From: Planctomycetota bacterium
GTDB lineage: Bacteria; Planctomycetota; GCA-002687715; DRQF01
Reading direction: 5' to 3'
Length of the DNA stretch: 63,827 nucleotides
NCBI GenBank assembly: GCA_027001995.1
Contig: JALTLO010000133.1
Span: forward strand, 1 to 63,827
Positions 1-9,448 of this stretch are shown here, piece after piece (position 1 is the stretch's first letter; every line of letters starts with the position of its first letter). Under the pieces are notes generated by a model, which did no database searches, was not told the DNA's origin, and was given only the letters and a program-made list of their open reading frames with translations. Both the position numbers and the translations under genes were made by a program.

Positions 1-2129
1 CTCAGTTTCACTGCCGCAGCCCGTGTCAGGGAGCGAGGATTCTTGATGGCTTGAGCTTCGTCCAAGATACAAACCTCAAAATCCAAATTAGCCAGTTTGT
101 CGCCGTCTCGACGCAAGATGCCATAACTAGTCATCAGAACATCTCCTCCTTGAACGCCATCCAGGCTACGTTTGGAACCGTGGTAAGGTTTGCAAGATAA
201 TTCCGGGCAGAATCGATGGCACTCCTTTTCCCAATTCCCAAGAAGAGACAAAGGCGCGACGATCAAGAAGGGACGTTTCACCCCAGATTCATTCAATCGT
301 TGCAAGAACGCCAAGACTTGGACGGTCTTACCAAGGCCCATTTCATCGGCGAGACATCCACCGAGGCCGCTCCCTTTGAGGAAGGAAAGCCAGGCCAACC
401 CAGCTTTCTGATAGGGGCGCAATTCCCCTCGAAAGAGTTCAGATGGCTGCGCTTCCGATTGACCTAACCTTGATTCGAGATTTTTTCGAACGGACTCAAT
501 CTTTGGCGCTCCAGGAATTTCCTCGTCTCCCAACACCAAGCGTGCCAGGAGAGCTTGCTCTGCAGAGAAACGCAACTCTCCTTCCATGTCTTGGCCAAAC
601 GATGCAAGGCCGGCAAACTTGTTGAGTTTCCGCACGCTATCTTCATCCAGGAGAAGTGCGCGGTCGTGATCAATACGAATCCAAGGGTCATCAGGGGTGA
701 AGTGTTTGAGGATCTGGGCCAAACTCAAAGGTCTGCCTTGCACTTCAACTTGTCCCGTGAGAGAAAACCAGTCCGTCCCAGTCTTGATGGCGAACCTTCC
801 GGCGCGACCTTTTTGAATTGGTCCGCCTTTCCCCAAGACTTGCCAGCCTTCTTCGATCAAAGAGAAAAGCGAGCGCCTTGCGGTCGTCTTCGATGAAAAG
901 AAGATGCTGGGGTCTTCGTCGTCAGGTGAGAAGCCACGACCGAGAAGCAAACGAATGGCTTTTTCTTCCTGATGCCGATCTCGAAGAATCTGCTGAGTTC
1001 GGCAATGAGAAAGAAGCAAATCGCCCCTGCTGCTTGGGGAAACTTCGGTTGCGCCGTAGAGAAACGAGAGCTCAACGGTGCCGACGCTTCCTTTCTCCAG
1101 ATAGTGGGCTCTCATTCTCACTTTCTCTTGGGTGAGAGTGAGTGGTTCGGCGCTTGGACCAGTGGTTAGCCGGGGAAGAGGATGAGTCGCGGACAATTGG
1201 GACAAGAATCCCCAAATCTTTCCCTCGGGAGTTGCCAACTCCTGTTGGTTACGCATTGTTCTGGCCCAAGCCCAGCCGCCATAACTGCGAAGCGGGTGAA
1301 GCGTTTCATCCAAGACGATCCAAGGTTGTGCTCCTGGAAGGAGGAAACGGGCGTCGCTCAAAGGGCGAGAGCCCAAGGGCCCCAGAATGAGTCCGCGGAT
1401 CGAGTTTGGGCCCGAGTAGTCGATCCCAAGTGCCAATTCTAAGGGTTTCCCAATTTCTTTCGCAATGTGCAAAGGACTTTCTGAAAGGAAATCGCCACAG
1501 ATAAGTCGTTGGGTTTCGGCCAGGGCTCCGAGGAGAGGCTCCACGTGATCTTCGGTGATCTTCCACGGCCCTGCGGGATTCATGAAGCCACCACCAAGTC
1601 GAACCTCCTTCCAACCACCAGTGAACTGCGCCAGAGTGCGGATCGCATGGATGTCCGCATTTTCGTTGATGCGCACCCAGGTGTTGTGGTCTAGCTGGAT
1701 CTGGCCGCCTTGATCGTCATGAAGAGAGAGGATCAGTGCATTCTTTTGCAAGGACGAAGAGGGTTGCAGTAAATAGAAGGGGCGAAGGGTGTCCACCGGC
1801 GTTGCGTCATCATTTGTTTCTTCTCCTTCGTCTTCTTCATGGTCGAGGAGAAGTTTCAAGGCCCAGAGATGCTCACATCCTGTTTGGTGTTCGTCGAAAT
1901 GGGGACAGTCACAACCGTGCTTTTCGCCTTCGCCCCCCTCAAGGTCTAACCAAACGAAAACCTGCCTTTTGAAGTGCTCAATCTCAGCTTCGAAAAAGGT
2001 TGGTCCGGATTCGCTAAGCTCGGCTCTTCCATCATCAAAAAAAGCTGCCCCCAATTCTTTTTCTGGGGTCGAGAACGACAGTCCTAAAGAAAAGACCGGA
2101 TTGTCTTGAGTTTCGTCTGAATTCGTCAT
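1..2129 (-). CDS. SWIM zinc finger + SNF2/SWI2-family helicase, 3' end truncated by the window edge
   Basis: Manual translation of both ends of the minus strand. ATG at 2129 gives MTNSDE...CDCPHFDEHQTGCEHLWAL (SWIM CxC..CxH). The distal part, in the same frame, gives LRPYQKAG, LADEMGLGKT (Walker A) and ILDEAQAIKN (Walker B). The middle was not checked codon by codon. Confidence 0.9.
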   Translation of the reverse strand, partial: MTNSDETQDNPVFSLGLSFSTPEKELGAAFFDDGRAELSESGPTFFEAEIEHFKRQVFVWLDLEGGEGEKHGCDCPHFDEHQTGCEHLWALKLLLDHEEDEGEETNDDATPVDTLRPFYLLQPSSSLQKNALILSLHDDQGGQIQLDHNTWVRINENADIHAIRTLAQFTGGWKEVRLGGGFMNPAGPWKITEDHVEPLLGALAETQRLICGDFLSESPLHIAKEIGKPLELALGIDYSGPNSIRGLILGPLGSRPLSDARFLLPGAQPWIVLDETLHPLRSYGGWAWARTMRNQQELATPEGKIWGFLSQLSATHPLPRLTTGPSAEPLTLTQEKVRMRAHYLEKGSVGTVELSFLYGATEVSPSSRGDLLLSHCRTQQILRDRHQEEKAIRLLLGRGFSPDDEDPSIFFSSKTTARRSLFSLIEEGWQVLGKGGPIQKGRAGRFAIKTGTDWFSLTGQVEVQGRPLSLAQILKHFTPDDPWIRIDHDRALLLDEDSVRKLNKFAGLASFGQDMEGELRFSAEQALLARLVLGDEEIPGAPKIESVRKNLESRLGQSEAQPSELFRGELRPYQKAGLAWLSFLKGSGLGGCLADEMGLGKTVQVLAFLQRLNESGVKRPFLIVAPLSLLGNWEKECHRFCPELSCKPYHGSKRSLDGVQGGDVLMTSYGILRRDGDKLANLDFEVCILDEAQAIKNPRSLTRAAAVKL

Positions 2130-2149
2130 GATCTGCCAAGCTCAGCAGT

Positions 2150-2833
2150 CTAAGACTGCTCTTGTGGTCCGTCGTCCTCTTGTGGCTCGTTCATGCCCAA
2201 GGCTTCTTCCATGCGTGAAACGCGCTGCTTCAAAAGCTTCAGTTCGTCTTGCAGAGTCTCAAGATCCACAGTTGCAACTTCTTCTGGGACCTTATCAACA
2301 AGGGAAGGTGGTGCGCTCAGAGTTGGGGAAGCTTCCTTCTCATCGTCAAGATAGAGGGTATGATCCAGAAGTTTCGCCCGACGTCCAGCTTCCGGGGGTA
2401 AGACCCGCACCAGGCCCAATTCTTGGAGTTGAGAAACCACCCGGTCAATGTCACTGCCATTTTCGTAGTCGCGCATCCTTGCGACTCGTGCTCTGAGTTC
2501 TCCTGCTGTTTGCGCCCCCCTGAGGAGCAACTCTCCCATGATCGGCAGCTGCTCATCATTGAGACCAAGACGATCGCAGGCCCGATGTTTCCATTTAAGG
2601 ACTCTGGATCCGGGCCCGGTCATATTGGTGGCCCATTCTTTGACATAGAGGTTCCTAAGAGCGCCTTCAACCTCGAATTCTTGGAGAATCAACACTGGGT
2701 TGCGGTTTGACTTCTGATTGCAACCGTTGACGAGGGCGTTCAGAGTCAAGGGGTAGAGGTTAGGCGTACAAAGCTGCTTTTCGATTAAGACACCAATAAT
2801 ACGTCTTGCGGTCCTATCCAGGCTCTGCCCCAT
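2150..2833 (-). CDS. DUF480/YceH family protein
   Basis: IGVLIEKQ..TP..YPLTLNALVNGCNQKSNRNPV and LLLRGAQTAGELR motifs; C-terminal coiled coil. Confidence 0.9.
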   Translation of the reverse strand: MGQSLDRTARRIIGVLIEKQLCTPNLYPLTLNALVNGCNQKSNRNPVLILQEFEVEGALRNLYVKEWATNMTGPGSRVLKWKHRACDRLGLNDEQLPIMGELLLRGAQTAGELRARVARMRDYENGSDIDRVVSQLQELGLVRVLPPEAGRRAKLLDHTLYLDDEKEASPTLSAPPSLVDKVPEEVATVDLETLQDELKLLKQRVSRMEEALGMNEPQEDDGPQEQS

Positions 2834-2976
2834 GTTTCGTCTCCAGCTAGATTTCTTTCTTGGAAGTGAAGGCGGAAGGATTGTATCCTGCCAGCAGAAA
2901 AAGACATGTTTCGTTTTTGAGATTTTGGATCCTTGACGAAATTACGGTTCATGGGAATGTTTCAGGAGAGACTTTT

Positions 2977-3993
2977 TTGGCCACCCAGCTTCGCACTTTG
3001 GCAGTATTCTTGGTCGTTTTCCTTTTTTGCGCGTCTTGCCGGAATGACGAAGATCAAGGGGAGCAGGGGGGAGCTCGTCTGTTCTCTCAAAAACTGGAAT
3101 TCGACTTCGGGACAGTTTTTTCCGGTGCGGTGAAGAATGCCACTTTCGTACTTGAGAATCGAGGCGACACGGATCTGGTAATCTTGAGGGCACAAAAGGA
3201 TTGTGGCTGTACCAAACCAAGTTTCTCCCGAAGAACCTTGGGCCCCGGAGAATCCGGGACGATGACTGTGACCCTGGTGGCCCCAGATTTTCACGGGACG
3301 ATGAGCAAGAGAATTCGTGTATACACCAACGACCGAGACCATGAAGTGACGGTTTTTCGCCTCACCATGAATGGCATGGGGCGAGCGAATGTTTCACCGG
3401 TCGCTATCGAAGTAAGTCCCTCTTCATTCGATCCTTCAGGCAATCTTGTCTTTCCGCTTACTTTGGAGCTTCCCCCTGGCCAGCCAATCCTTCAGGTGCG
3501 CGCGAATGCTGATTCCCCGTTTCTTGAAGCCGAGATTCGCGAGGGAAGAGGGACGTCCCGGGCGACAATTGACTTAAGTATCAGGGGGCTAAGGGAAGAA
3601 AGACTGTTTCGTGATTATGTGCTACTTGATGTGACGACCAAAAATCGTTCAGGAAAACAGGTGATTGTTCAACCTCAAGGAATTCAGGTGAAAGGGAAAA
3701 TAGAGCCTAAGATTTCTGTGCAACCGAGCCTGATAGATATGGGGTTCGTCGCTTCGGGTTCTCATCAAACAATACAGTTAGGCCTCGTGGGTGGAGGGGA
3801 CGTGAAGATCAACTCCGTTCTCATCCACGAGGAGGGAGTCCTTAAGTCCCTAAGCTCAAGAAAGGAAGGTCATCTGGTCTACGAAACATGCTCAGTGGAA
3901 GGGAGTCCAGGTCGTTTGTTCGCTCAGGCTCGAGTTCAATTGTCCAATGGAAAAACCTTAGAGGTTCCCATTCTCGGATGGGTGGAGCATTAG
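2977..3993 (+). CDS. DUF1573 (Ig-like) domain lipoprotein
   Basis: FDFGTV...F.LENRGD.DL.I....KDCGCT motif. TTG start at 2977 follows CAGGAG; lipobox-like FCASC. Confidence 0.75.
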   Translation: MATQLRTLAVFLVVFLFCASCRNDEDQGEQGGARLFSQKLEFDFGTVFSGAVKNATFVLENRGDTDLVILRAQKDCGCTKPSFSRRTLGPGESGTMTVTLVAPDFHGTMSKRIRVYTNDRDHEVTVFRLTMNGMGRANVSPVAIEVSPSSFDPSGNLVFPLTLELPPGQPILQVRANADSPFLEAEIREGRGTSRATIDLSIRGLREERLFRDYVLLDVTTKNRSGKQVIVQPQGIQVKGKIEPKISVQPSLIDMGFVASGSHQTIQLGLVGGGDVKINSVLIHEEGVLKSLSSRKEGHLVYETCSVEGSPGRLFAQARVQLSNGKTLEVPILGWVEH

Positions 3994-4016
3994 AATTGAG
4001 TCTACCTCCAGATTCT

Positions 4017-4514
4017 ATGAGAGCGGATTTCCTAGGAGCCTTGGCACTTCTGCTCGTTGGTTCCCTTGCTGGTTTGGTTTGGAATCCGGCGGCATTGAGG
4101 AATGCCACGATTACCATGGATACTGCCCCCAAGACTGCGGACTACCTCACTGAAATTGACCGAGAAGAAGTCCTTCGGGGGCTACACAAGGGATCATTGT
4201 GCGTGGTGGACTCCCGTCAAAGATCCTTCTATGAAGCAGGCCACATCCCCGGATCTCTTCCTATCTGGGACGCTGAAATTGAGTTTATGATTCAGATTCT
4301 CTATCGCCTGATTCCCTTGAGCACCCAAGTGGTTGTTGTTGACGAGGAGTCTAGGGGTTTTGGTGGCAGAAGGATCGCGGGTCTGTTTGCGTCTCGGGGT
4401 TACAAGAATGTGAAACTCCTCAAAGGTGGATTGTCGAGTTGGCGTGCCGAAGGCCGGCCAATCATTCAGGGTTGGGATTTCGAGGGCATCAAGAAGTGGG
4501 GGATGAGCAAATGA
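4017..4514 (+). CDS. Membrane-anchored rhodanese-like protein lacking the active-loop Cys
   Basis: VVDSR...YEAGHIPGS and LKGGLSSWRAEGRP motifs; N-terminal TM; start set at ATG 4017. Confidence 0.8.
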   Translation: MRADFLGALALLLVGSLAGLVWNPAALRNATITMDTAPKTADYLTEIDREEVLRGLHKGSLCVVDSRQRSFYEAGHIPGSLPIWDAEIEFMIQILYRLIPLSTQVVVVDEESRGFGGRRIAGLFASRGYKNVKLLKGGLSSWRAEGRPIIQGWDFEGIKKWGMSK

Positions 4515-4942
4515 ACAAACTCGCTATCATCTCCTTTTTCTTGCGCTGGATCTTGGGTATCCAATTCATCAAAAGTGGCTGGGAAAAGGGACAGGCGTTT
4601 TCCTGGTGGCGGGATATTATTGAAAAGATGGACTTGTTCCCTATTGAATCGACTGGTCTGATTGCCGGGATTATTCCGGGCATCGAAGTCGTACTTGGGG
4701 TAGTCTTGTTGGCTGGCGTTCTGCAACGAGCCGCTGCGGTTTTGTCTTCGGCATTATTTCTTGGATTCGCCGTGGTCATGTTTTGTTTGGTGCAAAAAGA
4801 CGCCCCCGTTCTGTGTGGCTGCTTTGGGCCTGGGAGTGAATATCCCGTTGATTTGACCCACGTGTTCATCGACCTGTTCTGGTTTCTTGTGTCTCTTTCG
4901 TTGGTCTTCTTGCCACAAAGGACAGAGGCTGGTGTGGCTTAG
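4511..4942 (+). CDS. MauE/DoxX-family membrane protein
   Basis: R..LG..FI.SG.EK, P.IE.VLG..LL.G and CGCFG motifs; ATGA overlap with the upstream gene. Confidence 0.85.
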   Translation: MNKLAIISFFLRWILGIQFIKSGWEKGQAFSWWRDIIEKMDLFPIESTGLIAGIIPGIEVVLGVVLLAGVLQRAAAVLSSALFLGFAVVMFCLVQKDAPVLCGCFGPGSEYPVDLTHVFIDLFWFLVSLSLVFLPQRTEAGVA

Positions 4943-5105
4943 ATTTTCTTAGTCATCTGCTGATGCATGCTTTCCCAACAATTGATGTTTTCTCCGGGTG
5001 TTTTTCGAATTCCTCTAATTTCGAAAAAAGTGGCCGACTCCTGCCCAAAACTGGCGGTAGGATTCCACGGTTTAAGTAAGTCACCCGAACAGTGTGAAAA
5101 CAACG

Positions 5106-5486
5106 ATGAACGTTCTAGAAGAAGAAGCCGGCTTTTCCTTGTTAGAAGTCGCGATTGCCATGAGCACCATTGCCATCTTGAGCTTTGGTGTCATGTTTGG
5201 CTTTACCATTTCGACGTCGCAAGATCGCGATGCCTATGAGTTCCAGAGATCCCAGGCTCTGGCCCAGGAATTGATCGAACAGGCTGAGTCATTCTCTTAT
5301 GACGAACTCTTCAATATCGCGGGTGCCCCCTTGCCCTTTACCCGGGGCAACTTTACTTGCACCATCACCGTGACCCAGATACAAGCGGATCTTCTCGCCG
5401 TGGTTGCAGATGTTCGTACGACTGACTCAGGGGCCTATCAAGTGACTCTGACAACCCTCAAAACACTGAAACAGGAGTCCTTGTAA
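5106..5486 (+). CDS. Prepilin-type N-terminal cleavage/methylation protein (PilV-like minor pilin)
   Basis: Class III signal peptide G|FSLLEVAIAM with E5, followed by a hydrophobic helix. Confidence 0.85.
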   Translation: MNVLEEEAGFSLLEVAIAMSTIAILSFGVMFGFTISTSQDRDAYEFQRSQALAQELIEQAESFSYDELFNIAGAPLPFTRGNFTCTITVTQIQADLLAVVADVRTTDSGAYQVTLTTLKTLKQESL

Positions 5487-6097
5487 TGATTGATTGTCAG
5501 ATGAAATGCCAAGAGAGTCAGCGGGGTGTCACCCTCGTCGAGCTCTCCATTGCCATGGTACTTTCGGTCTTTCTTGCAGGAGCCGTCGTCACGGTTCAGA
5601 GTACTTCCACTGAGAGATTTGAGTCGTCTCTAGCGGAGCATAGGGTTAATGCCGTTGCTCGAGATGGCGTTGCAGTCATTCGCAAAGAGTTACGTTCCTG
5701 TTTGTTTTCTTCCATTGTCTCAACCAAATATGCTGGGAACCAAGGGCAGACTCTCTTCAGTTTCCAACAAGCCGTGAGCTTTGATACTGCCAATGGAACG
5801 ACGAATTGGGGTGCCGACGATCTGTCACAAGGTCGCGTTGAGTATGCCGTTCTTGGGACGGATCTGATCCGCAGAATCGTTGATGAAGGTGGCGAAGTGA
5901 TGAAAACAACCGTCATGATGGACAACCTTGATCTCAATCCTCCCCAAGGAGGATTCGGCAACCCAGCGACCTTCGACTGGGATAGTGATACCAACCTCGT
6001 GACGGTAGAAATCAACCGCCTTTTTCTTCTCGAGGGAAACGAAGTTCGAAGAACAACTCAAACTCTCGTCTACATCGATCCCGTGTTCAATTTTTAG
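5486..6097 (+). CDS. Prepilin-type protein (PilW/GspJ-like minor pilin)
   Basis: QRG|VTLVELSIAM; start overlaps the upstream stop. Confidence 0.85.
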   Translation: MIDCQMKCQESQRGVTLVELSIAMVLSVFLAGAVVTVQSTSTERFESSLAEHRVNAVARDGVAVIRKELRSCLFSSIVSTKYAGNQGQTLFSFQQAVSFDTANGTTNWGADDLSQGRVEYAVLGTDLIRRIVDEGGEVMKTTVMMDNLDLNPPQGGFGNPATFDWDSDTNLVTVEINRLFLLEGNEVRRTTQTLVYIDPVFNF

Positions 6098-6109
6098 GAG
6101 ATTGTATCC

Positions 6110-8089
6110 ATGCGCATGCTATCCAAAGAATCTGGAAGTGCCCTGGCAATCTTGCCGGTTTCCCTCATCATGGCGGTTGGGTTAGTCGTTGCGACTTTAT
6201 CCATGTCGACCAGCAATGTCGTAGATACCTATCGCGAGACACGGAGGATCCAGGCTTACTACATGGCCAAAGCGGGGATTGAACGTCAAGTTTTTGATCT
6301 CAAGTTGTTGACCCAAACCGCTGTTCTGGTCGACCCATTCAAGGGAATCGAGGACTTTCATAACAAGAAAACCTATGATAACGGCGTCCAACTCAAGCCG
6401 TTTCCTTCACCTCCGATGCAAGAAGCCCTCTTAGGCCCAACGGGGGAGCCAGTCTTGGCTGCGACTGAGTTGCTCAACAACGGTGTCGTTCTTCCAGGGA
6501 CCTTCGACGTGAGCATGCGAATCGAAGGGTTTGACGCGGCTAATCCAGGGAACATGTCGAGTTCCCGGCGATTCGTGACTATCAGATCGACAGGTTGGGT
6601 GCCAACAAAAGGAGCTCCCGACGCCGTCAGCCACACCATCGAAACCACAATTTTGGTTGAGCTAAGTTCGTCGGAGGTCTTTGACTATGCTTACTTCGTG
6701 AACAACTGGGGTTGGTTCTATGGTAATACCATCGAAGCCAACGGCAATGTGCGTTCCAACGGCCAGTTCGATGCTGGGGGTTACCGCCCCGCAGTCAATG
6801 GTTCCCCTCGTTACTTAGGTGCGAATGGATCAGATCTTTACGGCTACATTGATGACAACAATGACGGTGCTCGGGACGGCAAGGACGGCGGTGTTTATGC
6901 CGGTTGGGATATCGTCGGGGCGAATAGCATCAGTGGAATGGGTGGCACTCAAAAAGACGGGGAGTATATTAATCAGCATGACTACGACGGTCAGATTGAC
7001 ATGCCAAATTTGACAGACCTGGCCTTGTATGAACAGCACGGTATCGCAACCGGCGCTAGCGTGAGCATCGGCGGTACTCAGATTGCGGATGCGGTCTACG
7101 GCGATGACCCAGGAGAGTCGGGACACCTCGTTCTCATTGGAACCTCTTCAAATCCAATTGAGATCAATGGTACTGTTGTTGTTCGAGGAAGCCTCATCAT
7201 CAAAGGGGTGGTCCAGGGTCAAGGGGTCATCTATTCCGGTGGCAATGTGTACGTTGCAGATGATGTCACCTACGCAAATCCTCCCTCCACCGTTAGGCCA
7301 ACCGGAACGACAGAACTTGAATTTGAGACATGGCTTCAAACGAATGAGTCGGCGGATGCCTTGGGATTGTTTGCCCGTGAACACGTCGTTCTGGGAGACT
7401 ACACCAACGGATCTTGGCGTTCCTATGTCAACAGTTGGATGAATAGTAGTTTGAACAAGTCTGAAGAGGACGCGGGAGAAGACGGAGTACCGAATACCTC
7501 TGCTGGCTTGGATGGAATTCCAGGAACGTCCGATGACGACCTCCTTGAAGGTGACAATAATTGGTCCGTTGACACCTACTCAAGTCTTCACGAGTCTCTT
7601 GGCCAGATTCCTCCCGGATCTGTGGTTGGAGACCCCATCCCAGGTACAGGTGAAGATATTGACGGAGATGGCTCCTACGATGGGCCCTTCCAGTTGAGTG
7701 AATTCGACTTGCCTGTGTCCCTCAGTTCAGGGCAATGGGGTGGCAACTTGCCTTCGGGTACGACCTCCTTCAATCAGATCGCAACCCGAAACATTGCCAA
7801 TTTTGATGCCGCTATGTACACCAATCACGCTTTGGCAGGCCTGATTTATGCTTGGGGCGACACCGTTAAATTCAATGGTTGCATTGTCTCGCGAAATGAG
7901 GCCATTGTTTATGGCGCGAACGGTTTGGACGTAAATCACGATGTCCGTCTCATCGGCGGCGGCGATAACTTCGGCTACTACTTGCCTCGTACTTTCAAGG
8001 ACATTCGTTTCATGAAGACATGGGACAGTGTTGCAAACATTCATTGGGATCAAATTGCCCTTCAAGAACAAGGATCCACTGCGCCGTGA
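6110..8089 (+). CDS. PilX/GspK-like large pilin with a probable ComZ/DUF4900-like beta-solenoid and Asp-Gly-rich loops
   Basis: ESG|SALAIL without E5; QAYYMAKAGI; YAYFVN..WF..NGNVRSNG; GNVYVADDVTY; ALGLFA; DxDGDG-type loops; TAGGAG RBS. Confidence 0.7.
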   Translation: MRMLSKESGSALAILPVSLIMAVGLVVATLSMSTSNVVDTYRETRRIQAYYMAKAGIERQVFDLKLLTQTAVLVDPFKGIEDFHNKKTYDNGVQLKPFPSPPMQEALLGPTGEPVLAATELLNNGVVLPGTFDVSMRIEGFDAANPGNMSSSRRFVTIRSTGWVPTKGAPDAVSHTIETTILVELSSSEVFDYAYFVNNWGWFYGNTIEANGNVRSNGQFDAGGYRPAVNGSPRYLGANGSDLYGYIDDNNDGARDGKDGGVYAGWDIVGANSISGMGGTQKDGEYINQHDYDGQIDMPNLTDLALYEQHGIATGASVSIGGTQIADAVYGDDPGESGHLVLIGTSSNPIEINGTVVVRGSLIIKGVVQGQGVIYSGGNVYVADDVTYANPPSTVRPTGTTELEFETWLQTNESADALGLFAREHVVLGDYTNGSWRSYVNSWMNSSLNKSEEDAGEDGVPNTSAGLDGIPGTSDDDLLEGDNNWSVDTYSSLHESLGQIPPGSVVGDPIPGTGEDIDGDGSYDGPFQLSEFDLPVSLSSGQWGGNLPSGTTSFNQIATRNIANFDAAMYTNHALAGLIYAWGDTVKFNGCIVSRNEAIVYGANGLDVNHDVRLIGGGDNFGYYLPRTFKDIRFMKTWDSVANIHWDQIALQEQGSTAP

Positions 8090-8553
8090 AATACTCTTCC
8101 TTTTTGATGATTGCCTGGCTTATTCTTGTCGCGTGCCCAACAACAGCTCTTGGACAGGAGTCCAAAATCCCAACGAAAGGGAAACTCGCTGGAAAGGTGT
8201 CTTCATTGATTCCTCGGACACGGCGACCTGTTGTAGCGGGAAAGAAACGTGACTTTACTCGACTCATCAAAGACAAAGAACAACATGATGCCTTGATGGC
8301 CAAGCTGGCGGAACCACTTTCCTGTGAAGCCAGAGATATAGCTTACGAGCGAAAACTGAATCGCTATGGTGCTGCGAAAAGTCGAACGCGGGCATTGTTG
8401 TCTGATTTTGGCGCGGAGTCCGATGAGAATCGCCCGCGAAAGAAAGCGGTGAGTGCCAAGGAGCCGGAAGATGATTCTGGTGACTCGTCCTGGTTCGTCT
8501 TGCTCGGGATATTCTTGGGCTCAGGGATTGTTATTTTGCGAGCCCGGTCTTAG
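8086..8553 (+). CDS. Hypothetical exported protein with a C-terminal TM anchor
   Basis: GTGA overlap with the upstream stop; signal peptide ending ALG|Q; C-terminus SGDSSWFVLLGIFLGSGIVILRARS. Confidence 0.65.
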   Translation: MKYSSFLMIAWLILVACPTTALGQESKIPTKGKLAGKVSSLIPRTRRPVVAGKKRDFTRLIKDKEQHDALMAKLAEPLSCEARDIAYERKLNRYGAAKSRTRALLSDFGAESDENRPRKKAVSAKEPEDDSGDSSWFVLLGIFLGSGIVILRARS

Positions 8554-8563
8554 ATAAATAAGT

Positions 8564-8600
8564 GCGCTTTCGAAACGATGACGAGTCGTTCCGAAAGCGC
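8564..8600. terminator. Hairpin between convergent genes, probably a bidirectional terminator
   Basis: GCGCTTTCGAAACGA-N7-TCGTTCCGAAAGCGC (15-bp arms, one mismatch). Confidence 0.6.
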
Positions 8601-8623
8601 GGATCAAAGAGGAAATTGATCTA

Positions 8624-9448
8624 TTAACCGATCAGCGACAGGGCGGCCTGAGGTTGAACGTTGGCTTGAGCCAAGATGGACGTCGCTGCTTGCTGCAGGA
8701 TGCTGTTTCTGGTGAGAGCAGCAGACTCTGCAGCCACATCGACATCACGGATTCGGGAACCAGCTGCCGAGAGGTTTTCGACCTGGACTCCCAAGTTATT
8801 GATGACTGAGTTGAGTCTGTTGGTAATGGCACCGAAGTTGCCACGGGTGGACGCAACGCTGTTAATCGCGGCGTCAACGGCCGTGATCGCAGCGCTAACT
8901 GTTCCGCTCGAGCCAATGTCCAGGGATGAAAGCCCCAATGCTGAGGCGCTACTGGCGGTCAAGGTGACACTCAAGGTGTCAGTGCCGGATGTTGTACCTG
9001 AACCTACTTGCAGCGAGATGCTGGTGTTGGAGGAAAGCAGGGATGTACCATTGAAGGTGGTGGATGTGGAGATTCTGTCGATCTCAGAAACCAAGGCGCT
9101 AAACTCTTGGTTGAGTGTATCACGATCGGTGGAATTCACCGTGCCGTTGGAAGCTTGAACGGCGAGTTCCCGAAGACGAATCAAGATGGAGCTGGTCTCA
9201 TCCAATGCGCCTTCTGCAGTCTGAGTCAAAGAGATGCCATCGTTGGCATTGCGTTTCGCCTGATCAAGACTGCGAACTTGCGCCCGGAGCCGTTCCGAAA
9301 TCGCCAAACCAGCAGCATCATCGGATGCCGATGCGATTCTCAAACCTGTTGATAATCTTTTGAAACTACCGGCCAATTTTTTTGTGTGAATCCCCAGATT
9401 TCGCTGAGCGTTGATCGAAAAGAGATTCGTGTTGATTCTCAATCCCAT
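8624..9448 (-). CDS. fliC: Flagellin (minimal, about 274 aa)
   Basis: [44 protein letters not shown]. The ATG at 9448 follows a GGGGAAG RBS, so the 9544 start in the track is too long. Confidence 0.97.
   Translation of the reverse strand: MGLRINTNLFSINAQRNLGIHTKKLAGSFKRLSTGLRIASASDDAAGLAISERLRAQVRSLDQAKRNANDGISLTQTAEGALDETSSILIRLRELAVQASNGTVNSTDRDTLNQEFSALVSEIDRISTSTTFNGTSLLSSNTSISLQVGSGTTSGTDTLSVTLTASSASALGLSSLDIGSSGTVSAAITAVDAAINSVASTRGNFGAITNRLNSVINNLGVQVENLSAAGSRIRDVDVAAESAALTRNSILQQAATSILAQANVQPQAALSLIG

Noticed and set aside
190..2109. Many short ORFs in the track
   Set aside because: They are shadows of the minus-strand SWIM-SNF2 gene.
5013..5040. Sigma28-like TCTA-N15-GCCGACTC upstream of the pilin cluster
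   Set aside because: Both boxes are poor matches, so it cannot be distinguished from chance.
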